This document shows positions 51,548 through 63,426 of a stretch of DNA of 64,000 bases, piece by piece. Each line of letters opens with the position of its first letter. Within the stretch, counting starts at the first letter, position 1. Origin of the DNA: Podarcis pityusensis (Eukaryota); NCBI GenBank assembly GCA_964106645.2, contig OZ067045.1, one strand, 5' to 3'. The position numbers were made by a program, and so were the translations under genes. The notes below the pieces were generated by a model. That model was not told where the DNA came from. It did not search any database and saw nothing but the letters and a program-made list of their open reading frames with translations.

Positions 51548-54500
51548 GTAAGTGAAGTCCACTCGTCTGCGTTTATAAACGGGATGTGTTCAGTGCCTGC
51601 AATTTTGTCTTCCACTCCTGCTTGACAGCTTGGGTTTCAGTGTTCTCCTGATCACTAGCATCAGACTTGGAGTCAGGTACCTGGTCCAGCTGCTTAGCTG
51701 ATGACTTAGTGTCTTGTGTGGAATTATATTTAAAAAATCTTACTATGGCCAGAAGGGCTTACATTCAGGCAAGTGGACATAGAATAATTAGCTTAAAAAG
51801 CTACAATACATACCAGATATGTGTACCTGTTCACGTATACCTCATCAGTAAATGCCAGCTTAAATGTATTGATTTTTGTGTGGGGCTGTAATGGGAGAGA
51901 TGTGGTGATGAAATGTGCTCATGTCTGCGTTTGCTTTTTTTGTATAGAGGAAATCACTGCTCACAGCAGCAATGTTTCTTCACTTGTGTTGGGCAAAAGC
52001 TCAGGTCGGCTCCTTGCAACTGGTGGAGATGATTGTCGAGTTAATATCTGGTCAATTAACAAGCCGAACTGCATTATGGTAAGGATTGGCTAATTTCTCT
52101 TTGCTTGTGGGCAATGTGAGTCAGGGAGCAACCTCTGGCATTAGCTTTAGCCACCCTCCTTTCTATACAGGATCAAACATGAGAAGGGAGGTTTATTTTA
52201 ATCTGTGCTTTCAGTAATTTGGCTAAATACACCTAAGTGAGCCAAAGTACAGTGCAGTTAAGGCCAAAGTGCTGAGAGAAGAACAAGTTGCATTGACTGG
52301 CGCCTCGTGGATTGTTCCTCCCTCAGTTTGAGGGACAGAGCATGATGGCACCTTCACCCAGCAGTATATTGCAGGCACTGCTGCTCAGGATATACAGTAA
52401 TACCTCGAGTTACAAATGCCTCAGGTTACAAACGCTTCACATTACAAACTCCGCTAACCTGGAAGAGTTACCTCGAGTTGAGAACTTTGCCCCAAGATGA
52501 GAACGGAAATCATGTGCCGGCGGCGCAGTAGCAGCGAGAGGCCCCATTAGTGAAAGCACACCTCTAAGAACAGTTTCAGGTTAAGAATGGACTTCCGGAA
52601 CGAATTAAGTTCGTAACTAGAGGCACCACTGTACTACCAGGTAAAGGCGCCATTGCACTCTGGCCCTTGAAATGGTCCTGGGTGATGTATCAATACATCG
52701 CCCAGGCCTAAATATGACATTCTGGTCTCTTCAAAAACCAGGAAGTAGTTGGATCTGACATTAGCAGGGCTTCAGTCAAGTGTCCTTCCTTTGTTTTTCA
52801 TGCAGATCTGGAGACATTTTCTCCACCACCACCTTGCCCCCTGTATTTTGACCTATGAGGAGCTAAGTTGAGCTATTGAGACTTGTATGAGTGGCTGCCT
52901 TAGGAGCTGTGGCTGTAGAACCCAATATATGTGTAATCCTTTGACTTGGAAGGGCCAAAAAGCTGCAATGGTATCCCTTTCCACAGCAATGGCCAGCTTG
53001 AAATAGTTTTTCTTTTGAATGATTTTTGTTCCGATCCAACCCCTGCACTTTTTGAAAAGGGCATTTCTCTCCTCTTCCACTCCTGCCCCTCGTTTTTTGT
53101 ACGGTAACTTACTAGTGCTGCAGAATTGAATCTAGAGTGGGCATTTCGACTGTTGCAGTACAGAGAGTGATGTTCTTTGTACTACTGCATAGTTTGTGGG
53201 AAGTTTGTGATGCAGCTTCATTTCATGCTAGCTGATGGAGCTGCAATTCATTATACACATATCTAGGAGTAAGTTGCTGAACTCAGTGGAATTTACTTTT
53301 GTGCAGGTAGACATCTAGCCATAAACCTGCATTTCTGGGTGATGTGCTTAGTGCACCATTAAGAAGCACTTAATGTGGTGGCCAAGCTCTATATGGCTCT
53401 TGGCCTTTGCCTCAACCTTCCTGCAATGGGGCATGGGGATTCCCACTATTGCAGCAAAGCTCTGTGGGGAAGGTGCTTCTGAGTGTATATTCTGCTGGAT
53501 TTTATTAGTCAATTAATGACCAGTTGTTGTAACATGAATAAGTCTTCACTGGGTGTATAAAGGAGGTCCAGTTTGACACCAGGTGACGTGTGTGAGAAAG
53601 AGACACTTGAAGGAGGGCCTCTGGTGAACATAGGAAGGAATCAAATTTCTGCTCTTGCTGGAATACTGAAACTTCAGTGTCTGTCCACGGCTTTGAACGT
53701 GGCTTTCACCTAATCATTTCACTACTTGTGGTGTGATGAGTGTAAACATCCTAGCTGTCCTTGTTGTTGCATGCCTTCCTGTGGAGTGGGCCATCTTCAG
53801 ATGATTCACTGCTGCTTTTTCATTTTGCCCAGAGTCTAACAGGTCACACCACACCCGTGGAGAGTGTGAAGATTAATACGAATGAAGAGCTGATTGTTGC
53901 GGGGTCCCAGTCAGGCTCCATTCGGATCTGGGATCTGGAAGCTGCCAAAAGTAGGTTCAGAGCCAATTCTTCTACCACTTTTCAGGTTGCCCAGCAGCCC
54001 CTTACTTAGCAAAGAGCAGAGAATGAGAGAGCGCAAGCACACAAGGAAGGACGATATGCTCAACTTTGAAAACTGCAGGGGCACCTCTTCCTCCACCTAG
54101 GTGGGGGAGGTGTTGGTACTGTTCAGATGCCAGCCCTATGAATAAGAAGAACTGTTTTGTTTGCACTCAGATCTTTATAATTTCCCCCAATAATATTTAT
54201 CCATTTGTGTTATGTTTACAGTGCTTAACCTCAGCAGTCAACAATCTTTCCTCCATTACTTTCATAGAAAAACAGGTTTTAATTTGATGTGTTTGGTAGA
54301 TGCTTGTGATTTCTATTTTAAGAGACTCTACAGGGAAACGTTAAAACATTTGTATGATTTTCTGATTTCATTCTAAACCCGATTATTTTTTTTAAAAAGA
54401 ATTTTACTGAACCATTGAAATAACAAATCTGATTTGAACTGAAAAACTATCAATCCTGCATCTTCTTAGACCATGCTTGCATCTCAATTCCCTGCCCTCC

Positions 54501-57500
54501 CTTTCCCATCCAGTTCTCCGTACATTAATGGGCCACAAAGCAAATATCTGCAGCCTAGACTTCCATCCTTTTGGAGGATTTGTAGCTTCAGGATCCATGG
54601 ACACCAACATTAAGGTAAGACTTTTGAGTCTCCCTCACTCCCTGCATGTGTATTTCAGAACAGCAGGATACCCAGAGGGCTGCATATCAGTGGATGTAAG
54701 GAGCTGTTTTGTATTAAGTCAGAGTAGTTGTTGGCCTGCTCTGGCCATGGGGTCACAAAGAGTTGGACATGACTAAACAACAACAGTTGTTCATGCAGCC
54801 CAGCAATATTCTCATGGACCAGAAGCCGCTTTCCAGTGGTGTGGGCAGAGCTCTTCCCAGCCCTTTAATTATGAACCGATAGTGCACCCAAGACCTCATT
54901 TGTGTGTATTCTGCAATTCAGCTGACATCCTGTTTTTGAAATTCAAATAGTTGCATACTCTTAAGAAAATGTCCCTCAACCCCAAGACTTTTTTAATTGG
55001 AGACTTTTTTAATTGAAGATCTTCAAGACACTTCCAAGTTGCCATTGTAAAGCTTTTGTCCATTTCCTTCATGCAGCTTTGGGACGTGAGGAGGAAGGGC
55101 TGCGTCTTCAGGTACAAGGTAAGAAGGAAAGCATATTATTTTGTCTGCAGGGCACCCCTCAAATCTCCTTCTGCCTCTGGAAGTTATTCCATGTCCAGTT
55201 GCTACAGTGTTTCAGTTTGGAGAGCTCATTGAGGCAATCCCACCCACAGGTTCTGGGCAGTTTACAAAATTTGCAGCGTCTATTACATAAACAGGGTCTA
55301 CATTTTTTGGCTGCCAGCCCTCAGGCCCCACCCAACCAAAGGAAGGGCCAGTGGGGAGAGGGGTCCATTGGGTACTGTTTCTTGAAGGTGCCCAGAGAGG
55401 CTTGATGCCATTAATCTTGCAAGTTAATATCTTCTCATCTCTTTTGTACTTTGGTACTGACCTTCACATCCACCTTGCATTATTTTTAAAAATAGGGCCC
55501 TCCAATTGAAAAGCATGCACTAACTCACTGAACTATAGCACCCCCTGCACCTCTTCCCAAAATACAACCTCTCCTCCTCCTGTCTTTCTAGCTGTCTCTG
55601 ACTCGTTTCCAGGGAAACCCTTTTTCTGTGCTCAACTCCTATCCTCCAAAGTTCATGATTTCTTTCCACTGTTGATGGAGCCCTCATCTGGTCTCTAACA
55701 TGCCAGCTGTCCCTCACAGCTGTTGAGAAAGGCTCCCCTCCCTCCAAAAGGAGCCCAAGTACTTGGCAAATCATTAAGCTCTTCCCTATCCAATCTCATT
55801 TTGCTTCCTTACTAGAAATGTTTGAGGCTGTATATTGGCTATGTCTAAAATGTAGCTTTGACCAACCTGGTGCCCTTCAGATGTTTTGCATTCTGGCTGG
55901 AGCTGATGGGAGTTGCAGTCCAACACATCTGGAGGGTGCCAGGTTGGCAAAGGCAGTCTAAGGGATTGTATTTTCTCTCTTGCTATATTGTAATTTCACA
56001 ACATTACAGCTGTTGTGAGACATGCTCAGCCTTCATGTTTCCCGTGTGTGACCCATTATTTAATCCTGGGAGTGCCAAGCTCTGCTAGGAATGAACTGGG
56101 TCTGTTTTGCCTTTACAGGGCCATACTCAAGCTGTCCGCTGTCTCCGATTCAGTCCTGACGGCAAATGGCTGGCGTCGTCTGCAGACGATCACACCGTGA
56201 AGGTACTGGCCTGATTTTGCCAGACCCCTTTGGCATTCACCTTCCTTCCTTGTCGCAGTTTTGGCTGCTTGCCACACCAAGAGGTGCTCTTTTGTGCCAA
56301 ACAATCAGGAATGGGGTTGGGCAACCTCAAGACTTTAAAGTTCTTTCTCTATCTAGTTGTGGGACCTGGCTGCTGGGAAGATCATGTTCGAGTTCACAGG
56401 ACACACGGGGCCAGTCAACGTTGTAGAATTCCATCCCAATGAATACCTGTTGGCCTCTGGTAGCTCTGACAGGTAAAATCTTGTTGGGAAATAAGTGGTG
56501 GACAATAGCATGTGATGTGACTCATCTGCAACTTGCAATTATTTCCTGCAGATATTTATATTTTCATTTGTGGAATTGGAATAATTGTTGGTGATGATTA
56601 GAACAGCTTACCTTTGGAATTTCCTGTCTAGGGAGGCCCTTCTGATCTCTTCATTATCCTCTTCTGGAACCTAGAACAAGGTCATAATATTGCCCATGCT
56701 TTGCCCAAAATTCAGTCTTTCGTGTTGTTTGAATTATGACAAAGCTTTTGGTAGATGTCAGCATGCTAGATTTTGGAGTTTGGTATATGCTGATGGCTCT
56801 CAATCTTCTTTCTCTTCCTTGAACCTTGGTGAGACTATAGAGTCTCTGAAATGATGCTGGATAAATGGGCTGGATGAACTGAAGCAGGTTCAAATGGGGG
56901 TGTAGATGAACAGTGGGCCTATTGAGAGTAGGTGTAAAATCTGTCTGAATGGCCTTGCCGCCCCTTCTGAAGGAACAGGTTTGCTGCTCAGGGGTGATAT
57001 TTGACTCAGTACTACTGCTGCAGCTGTGCCTTTCCCCAACTGCACCAGATATATTTGCTGCACCATCTTGTGTAAGATAAAATATTTGGTCTCGGTCATT
57101 GCAGGGAAGTGTTTTACATAGCTCACAAACTATTTGGTTTAGAACACAGCAGCTGGGACTGACCTTAGAGAGTGGTTGTTACAGAGCTGCCCTGGTTACC
57201 AGTTGGTTTCTGGGCACTTCAGAGTGCTGTGTTTTCCTTTTAAATCCCAAAGTGCCCTAGCCTCTGGACACCTTTGCTCTTAGGTCCTGCCATGTGATTT
57301 TAAGAACGTCTGAGGAGTTTCTGATGAGGTTGCCATCATTGTCACAGATCTATTGGCTGGTCATGGCTAGAGCAAGCTTGTGTGTTAGCCCAGTTAAAGC
57401 TACTAGCCTGCTAATTTTTCCTAGCATGCTAAGAGCTGTCAAAAGAGGAACAGAGATCTCTTTTCCTCTTCCCCCAACCTACAGACATGGGGGCTTCCCT

Positions 57501-60500
57501 CCTCTGGCAGCCCACTTGGTTTCTCTGCTGGGCACAGACAAGAGTAACTGAGTGCTCTGTTCCTTGCCTGGAATCCCAGACACTCATCTACACCTGTTTG
57601 TTTTTTTGTGCTCCATCCTTATTTTTATTAGGCCCACAGACTCTTGCTAGAAACAAAGACCAACAAATAATGAAGTGTTGGATTAACTCCTGCTTGCCTT
57701 GGGCCTAGGAGATCACACAGGTGTTTTTCCCCCCTGTCTTGCAGAACGGTCAGGTTCTGGGACTTGGAGAAGTTCCAGGTGGTGAGCTGCATTGAAGAGG
57801 AGGCCACTCCTGTCAGGTACATCGGACTTGGGCAGTGATTTGTGTCAAGAGGCATGAGGGCATGTTCTTGCTTTGTGTGACTTTGCTGTGGGGATCCCAG
57901 ACTCTTAATGCTCTTTCAGTTCCAAGCTCTGGTTTGGCCACGCGGCCGAAGCGAGGAACGCATGCAGTTAAAGGCTAGCAGAGATTGTGACCATCTCCTG
58001 ACATAGAATATCAGTGGCACACCTTGTTTTGCACCCGTGTCTGGATGACCTGCACATTCACTTTTCCCCTCTCCCCTTCAGGTGTGTGCTGTTTAACCCC
58101 GATGGCTGCTGCTTGTATGCTGGCTGCCATGATACCCTGAGAGTGTATGGCTGGGAGCCTGAGCGCTGTTTTGATGTGGTCTTGGTGAATTGGGGCAAGG
58201 TGGCTGATTTGTCTATCTGTAACAATCAACTGGTGAGTGACTGAAGGGGCAGGAAGGGACTTGGGTTTCCTGCTCTGCTAGTGGGTGCAACAAGTGGACA
58301 TGCCACAAGTTGTGCTTCTGACACTGGCAGTAGCATGGCAGGGCCATTCCTAGTGCACACTTGGCCCCTGACTCTTGCAAATGGACCCCGAGTCATCTCC
58401 TCCTCATGTCTTTTGGTAGTTTTCATTTTGAATTTGCTTCCCGTTCCCCTCACATGGTTGCCAAGGTGGATTCTTGTTGACTTCCCAGAGCACTTTGGCT
58501 GCAAACCTAATGTAAAGTTGACTTGCACAGAACATGACTTCTTTTCTGTTCTTCACAGATTGGTGTTTCTTTCACACAAAGCACAGTCTCTTCCTTTGTG
58601 GTGGACCTCAGCCGAGTCACAAAATGTGGGCCTGGCACCCGTGGACTGATCCGGGATGACAAGCCTCTCACTCAGCCCTTGCCTGCAGGCTCTTCCCTTC
58701 GACGCATCTACGACAGGCCAACGACGACATGCAGCAAACCCCAAAGGCAAGGAAGGAAGACTCCTCTTAGAGGTGGCAGCCCCTGTATGCCAAAGGATTT
58801 AGAGATGGAAACTGAAAGCAAAGGGATGTTCTCAGTGGTTTCTGTGTGGTCCCCTCCATTGGTTCTGGGGGATTTTTCTAAGAAAAACTTGTTTGCCTAT
58901 TTTTTTGTGCATGGCTTTAAAAGAGGATTAGCCAAATTCATGGAAGATAAAGCCATCAGTGGCTACTAGCCACGGTGGCAATGTTGTTGGTGGCAGAATG
59001 CCTCTGAATACCTGTTGCTGGGAATCCTAAGAGGGGAGAGGGCTGCTCTTGCTCTTGGTTCCTGCTTGTGGACATCCAGTTGGCCATTCAGGGGAAAATA
59101 GGACGCTGGGTTTCAGATATAGCTGAAGGAGCATCTCCACCTCCATCATTCAGCCATCATTGGCTAGTTTTTAATGTTTGACATTTTTATATGTACTGGA
59201 AGCCTCCCAGAATGGCTGGGGAAACCCAGCCAGATGGGCGGGGTATTATTATTATTATTAGCCCCCATTGGCTTCAGGGCTGTTCTGGTATTCTTATATC
59301 TGTGGTTTAATGACAGAATGAAACACAACTCAGAGAGCGAGAGGCGCAGTCCAAGCAGTGAGGACGACAGGGAAGATAAGGAATCCACAGCGGAGATCCA
59401 GAACACAGAAGACTACAATGAGATCTTCCAGCCAAAGAATCCCATAAGTGAGTGCTGCTGAAGTAATTTGTGTGATGCCACAAAGCAAACCAAGGTGTCT
59501 TGTGCTGTTTTCCCCATTTTGTAATATTCAATCTTTGTGTGGCAGTTGTGAACAAGCATGTGACTCTCCCACAGTTGTTTTAATTTACCGTTGCCTCCAA
59601 AGACTTTCAAGGGGCAATCTTAGGTTCACAACTTGCTACTGAATATTGTGTTCTGGCATGGTCAGTCATTTAGAGGTAGAGTACTAGCATCTAAGTTTTC
59701 AACATGTATTTGTTAAAGTATTTGCACACCATCTTTTGTACAAATACATCTGAGGGCAGTCCACAGTGAGAATTTACATCTGAAAATATAACTTACACTG
59801 CCCCCACCCCCACCAGCAAAAAGCCCCACACCAAAACACTGCGATTTGGAGCCATACTTAACTAGCTGAACATAAGTCACATTGAAGTCATTATTAACTT
59901 GTCCCATTGATTTCAGTGGAACCTAAGTACAACTAGTTTAGTCTGAATCCTACCCAATATTCCCAGGATGCATCTTTAGCACATGGAATGGTTGTTGCCG
60001 TCTCTTGAAAAGAAATGTGGGAAGGAGTGAAGAGGCATAACTGTACCCACTTCTTCTTCCTCAGAGGGAGAAATATTTATTAATCTCTTTACCTGTAATG
60101 CAGAAGTGTTACTGCCATAGTGGAAACAAGCTGTAGACTCATGAAGGTGAGACCACAGGATCCTCTAATTTCTTGTGTAACTTAAATGGAGTGCAAGGTT
60201 GGGCGCTTTATTTTTTTGTCTTTTTCAGCTCGAACTCCACCTAACAAGAGTGAACCTTTTCCTGCACCTCCAGAGGATGGTGAGTTGGAATTTCTTTTTC
60301 AAGTATTGAGAAAGAACCAGAGAAGATCTCCATACAGCTACTGTATTGCTGGCTTCACATGGACATTTACAATGTCTACGTTGCTGGGGGAAGTTATGAG
60401 TTATCTTTTTCTCGAGTTCGGATTCTTCAGTTTTGCCTCCAAAGGGCAGCGTGTTGCCCTTGGGGCAAAAGAGCCGTGGACTGTCTTGGGTGGGAGTGGC

Positions 60501-63426
60501 AGGAGCCTTTGAGCCCAGGGCCATAGAGCCCAGGGTCTTTGACTTCTAGGGCAGAGCTCTCGCCTGCTGCCACTATTTGTGCAGTCTTGATAGTAAGAAA
60601 ACATAGTTTTTCTTCCCTTCAGAGCCCATGGTTGCCAAAGAAGCCTCAAGGCTCAGTCAAGTGGCAGATATTCCGACTCCGTTGCCAAGCCAAGAGAATG
60701 TAAGTGCCTTGCATCCATTGGTGTGCCCTCTCCTCTTCCTGCTTTCCCCCATCCTGGCTCCAGAAATAATGGTGCCTCTATCCCAGGATTTCCCAGACTT
60801 GGGTCTCCAGCTCTTTTGGGATTACAACTCCCATCATCCCTAGCCTGCAGGCCCAGTGGTCAGGGATGATGGGAAATGTAGTCCAAAAACAGCTGGAGGC
60901 CGAAGTTTGGGAAACCCTGCTCTAGCAGCATGAAAAAGAGGCAGTGGCCTGTCACTGTGTTCTAAGCAAGGAAGTCCAGACCAGCCATTGCCAACCTCCA
61001 GGTGTGTTGGACTACGACTCCCATTATTTGTAAAGGAGTTGTAATCCAAAACATCTGGAGGGCTCCAGATTGGGAAAGGCTGGGCTCAGTGGAGGAATTT
61101 TTAATTACTATAATTTTTTTTTTATTAAAAAAATTACACACCACTTAATTGCCAAAACCTCTAAGTGGTTTTGAAAGGCCTTCCCCTGCAGATCTTGATT
61201 CTGGTGGTTGGAATTCCCTGCAAGCTTCTTTCTTACAGCCAAATGTGGTGGAGGTGGGGTGGGGGGCAAGATGAGACCCAGGGATTTCCTGAGCAGATCC
61301 TATCTTGCACCTGATCCTTAACTTCATTTGAAGTGCTCCAGGTGCCTTGGAGCTGACCACTCAGAAGTTGCCAATAGCCTCTAGTGGGTCTGCTTAGAAA
61401 ATGAAGGAGGAATGCATCAAGTCCTTTGTTGACATGCCATGGACGATCAGTGGTGCTCAGTATGTGGTGCTCAGTATAGCCAGGTGGTTGCAAATATGGT
61501 ATCAAAGCTTACAGCCTAGGTGTGTCTGCCCTGACTCCATCTCCACTTCCCACAGCAGCCTGACCCTATTCAGAGGTCGCCAATAGCATCCTCGACCCCC
61601 AAGACCAAGGTTGAGCCATCTGTGATCCCTGCAGCCAGGAATGAGCCTATCGGGCTGAAGGCCTCTGACTTTTTGCCAGTAAGTTTCTTCCCTGTAGAAG
61701 AGGGATTGGGAACGACAAGTGGCTGTCACCTGGGCAGGGAGGAAAGTCTAGTGATTTGCCTGTCTTGCATACCCTGCTCTTTGGCTGCTTCAGAATTTTT
61801 TAGCAGGTGTCAAAAAGGGGACAGTGAAGGTGCCTTCTTTATGTCAATAGGCAGGGAGTTCCAAAGTGTGGGTGCTGCTGCACTAAAGTAGCAATTTTGT
61901 ATTGTGGCCCTTGTAACAGTGCCAGTTCCACAGATCAAAGTGGTCAAAAGTTCACAGATGGGGTAAGGCAATCCCGCAGGTAAACTGGTCCACAAAAGAA
62001 GGGATAATGTTTAGATGGAAGGACATCAGAAACTAGCCTTTAGCAAGAGCATGGATGGTAGCAGATCCCCTCCCTGGCTAAACACTTTAGATATTTCTCA
62101 GCTAGGGTACAAATAATTTAATTGTATGGCTAGTGATTTGGTTGGGTAGTAAATAGTATGATTGAATCAAGACAAAAAGTAGAGCCAGCCAGCCATTCTG
62201 GACAAATCAAAGGTAATCTTATCAAGGAGACAGTAGAAAAGAATTCACAGCCCAGCATCCCCATCTTTCCAATTGTAGTGATAGACCTAATATGTTCTAT
62301 TCTTTTAACAGTAATGTTTGTGCCTCTAGTTGTGTTAAGTAAAACTGTAATAAACTATACAAAAAGGTATAATTTATGTGTTTGTGTATGTAATACATTA
62401 CAGTGGTACCCCGCAAGACGAACGCCTCGCGAGACGAAAAACTCGCAAAACGAAAGGTTTTTTCGTTTTCGAGTTGCCTCGCAAGACGAATTTCCCTATG
62501 GGCTTGCTTCGCAAAACGAAGCTTGCCCCGGGGACAGCGGGTCTTCTCTTTTGAAGCAAGGGGCGGCGGGGAGAAGCGATCTTCTCCCCGCAGCCCCAGG
62601 TCCGGGGACAGCGGGAAGCGCTTCCCGCTGCCCCCGGACCTCTTTTGAAGCAAGGGGCTGCGGGGAGAAGCGATCTCCCCGCAGCCCCTTGCTTCAAAAG
62701 AGGTCCGGGGGCAGCGGGAAGCGCAGCGCTTCTTCCCCGCTGCCCCCGGACCTCTTTTGAAGCAAGGGGCTGCGGGGAGATCGCTTCTCCCGGTGCTCCG
62801 AAGCGGGGCGGGGGGCGGGAACACCTTCTGAAGGCGGGGGGCGAAAGTCTTTGTCCCCCCTGCCCGCCTTCCCAGGGGCTTTTAAATCGCCCCGGACAGC
62901 GGAGAAGTCCTCCGCTGTCCCGGGGCGATTTTAAAATGCCGCCCGCCAGCATTTTAAGATCGCCCGGACAGCGGAGAAGTCCTCCGCTGTCCCGGGGTTT
63001 TTTAAAATGCTGGGGGTGGGAAGAAAAGCCCTTGTCCCCCCCCCCAGCCTTCAGAAGAGGTCCGGGGACAGACTGTCCCCGGACCTGGTCTGAAGGCGGT
63101 TTCCCTAGGAACGCATTAATTGATTTTCAGTGCATTCCTATGGGAAACCGTGCATCGCAAGACGAAAAACTCGCAAGACGAAGAGACTTGCGGAACGAAT
63201 TAATTTCGTCTTGCGAGGCACCACTGTACAAATTAGACCATCAATGCCAAGTTCTCTTTCCTTTCTGTCCTTGCAGGCTGTGAACAACCAAAACCTGGCG
63301 GAGATTGTGGATGAAGAGGCCATGTCCCAAATCCGGAAGGGACACGAGACCATGTGCGTGGTGCTTACCAGCCGCCACAAGAACTTGGACACCGTGAGGG
63401 CCGTGTGGAGCACTGGAGACATCAAG
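51508..63426 (+). CDS. KATNB1: KATNB1, katanin p80 WD40 regulatory subunit B1; first 15 coding exons (~525 aa), gene continues beyond the window
   Basis: join(51508..51547,51948..52078,53833..53950,54514..54614,55077..55118,56119..56202,56357..56472,57745..57816,58082..58232,58559..58746,59317..59447,60229..60279,60623..60699,61556..61678,63277..63426). [30 protein letters not shown]...; WD40 repeats; ...[25 protein letters not shown]; collinear with human KATNB1 as recalled. Confidence 0.96.
51948..52078 (+). CDS. KATNB1: KATNB1 coding exon 2 ([11 protein letters not shown]...NKPNCIM)
   Basis: tgtatag| acceptor; ATG|gtaagg donor. Confidence 0.95.
52395..52631. mobile_element. Tc1/mariner-type MITE
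   Basis: TA|CAGTAATACCTCGAGTTAC ... GTAACTAGAGGCACCACTG|TA. Confidence 0.85.
53833..53950 (+). CDS. KATNB1: KATNB1 coding exon 3 ([12 protein letters not shown]...WDLEAAK)
   Basis: gcccag| acceptor; A|gtaggt donor. Confidence 0.95.
54514..54614 (+). CDS. KATNB1: KATNB1 coding exon 4 ([18 protein letters not shown]...DTNIK)
   Basis: atccag| acceptor; AAG|gtaaga donor. Confidence 0.95.
54733..54786 (+). mobile_element. Short BovB 3' fragment
   Basis: ccatggggtcacaaagagttggacatgactaaacaacaac. Confidence 0.7.
55077..55118 (+). CDS. KATNB1: KATNB1 coding exon 5 ([14 protein letters not shown]), 42 nt
   Basis: atgcag| acceptor; AAG|gtaaga donor. Confidence 0.93.
56119..56202 (+). CDS. KATNB1: KATNB1 coding exon 6 ([28 protein letters not shown])
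   Basis: ctttacag| acceptor; AAG|gtactg donor. Confidence 0.95.
56357..56472 (+). CDS. KATNB1: KATNB1 coding exon 7 ([38 protein letters not shown][R])
   Basis: atctag| acceptor; AG|gtaaaa donor. Confidence 0.95.
57745..57816 (+). CDS. KATNB1: KATNB1 coding exon 8 ([23 protein letters not shown][R])
   Basis: cttgcag| acceptor; AG|gtacat donor. Confidence 0.95.
58082..58232 (+). CDS. KATNB1: KATNB1 coding exon 9 ([14 protein letters not shown]...SICNNQL)
   Basis: ccttcag| acceptor; CTG|gtgagt donor. Confidence 0.95.
58559..58746 (+). CDS. KATNB1: KATNB1 coding exon 10 ([17 protein letters not shown]...TTCSKPQ[R]), GC donor
   Basis: cttcacag| acceptor; AG|gcaagg donor in phase 2, matching the next exon; the nearest GT (58773) is out of phase. 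Confidence 0.88.
58905..59110 (+). mobile_element. Degraded CR1-type LINE 3' fragment
   Basis: [18 protein letters not shown] resembles the end of a CR1 ORF2, followed by 3' UTR-like sequence. Confidence 0.6.
59317..59447 (+). CDS. KATNB1: KATNB1 coding exon 11 ([17 protein letters not shown]...IFQPKNPI)
   Basis: tgacag| acceptor; A|gtgagt donor. Confidence 0.94.
60229..60279 (+). CDS. KATNB1: KATNB1 coding exon 12 ([16 protein letters not shown])
   Basis: tttttcag| acceptor; G|gtgagt donor. Confidence 0.93.
60623..60699 (+). CDS. KATNB1: KATNB1 coding exon 13 ([25 protein letters not shown])
   Basis: cccttcag| acceptor; AAT|gtaagt donor; phases fit both neighbours. Confidence 0.88.
60784..60919. 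mobile_element. Palindromic hAT MITE (same family as 43339-43475)
   Basis: CAGGATTTCCCAGAC ... GTTTGGGAAACCCTG; shared core acaactcccatcatccctagc...cagtggtcagggatga. Confidence 0.8.
61556..61678 (+). CDS. KATNB1: KATNB1 coding exon 14 ((Q)[15 protein letters not shown]...[18 protein letters not shown])
   Basis: NAGNAG acceptor cacagcag (start 61556 or 61559); CCA|gtaagt donor. Confidence 0.9.
61810..61995 (-). mobile_element. L2 LINE 3' fragment
   Basis: [22 protein letters not shown], typical of an L2 ORF2 C-terminus. Confidence 0.65.
62401..63226. mobile_element. 826-bp Tc1/mariner-type non-autonomous element with GC-rich palindromic interior
   Basis: TA|CAGTGGTACCCCGCAAGACGAA ... TTCGTCTTGCGAGGCACCACTG|TA; subterminal CGCAAGACGAA repeats; CpGs intact. 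Confidence 0.9.
63277..63426 (+). CDS. KATNB1: KATNB1 coding exon 15 ([27 protein letters not shown]...WSTGDIK), GC donor
   Basis: ccttgcag| acceptor; AAG|gcaagt donor where homology stops. Confidence 0.9.

Noticed and set aside
62525-62800. Repeat-and-spacer look reminiscent of a CRISPR array
   Set aside because: Units alternate in orientation, have no unique spacers, and lie inside TA-flanked TIRs in a vertebrate intron; no cas genes are present.
62158-63283. Long overlapping ORFs (200, 175, 184 and 212 aa) in KATNB1 intron 14
   Set aside because: They arise from the stop-poor, GC-rich palindromic interior of a MITE; no transposase (DDD/E) or other domain is recognisable.
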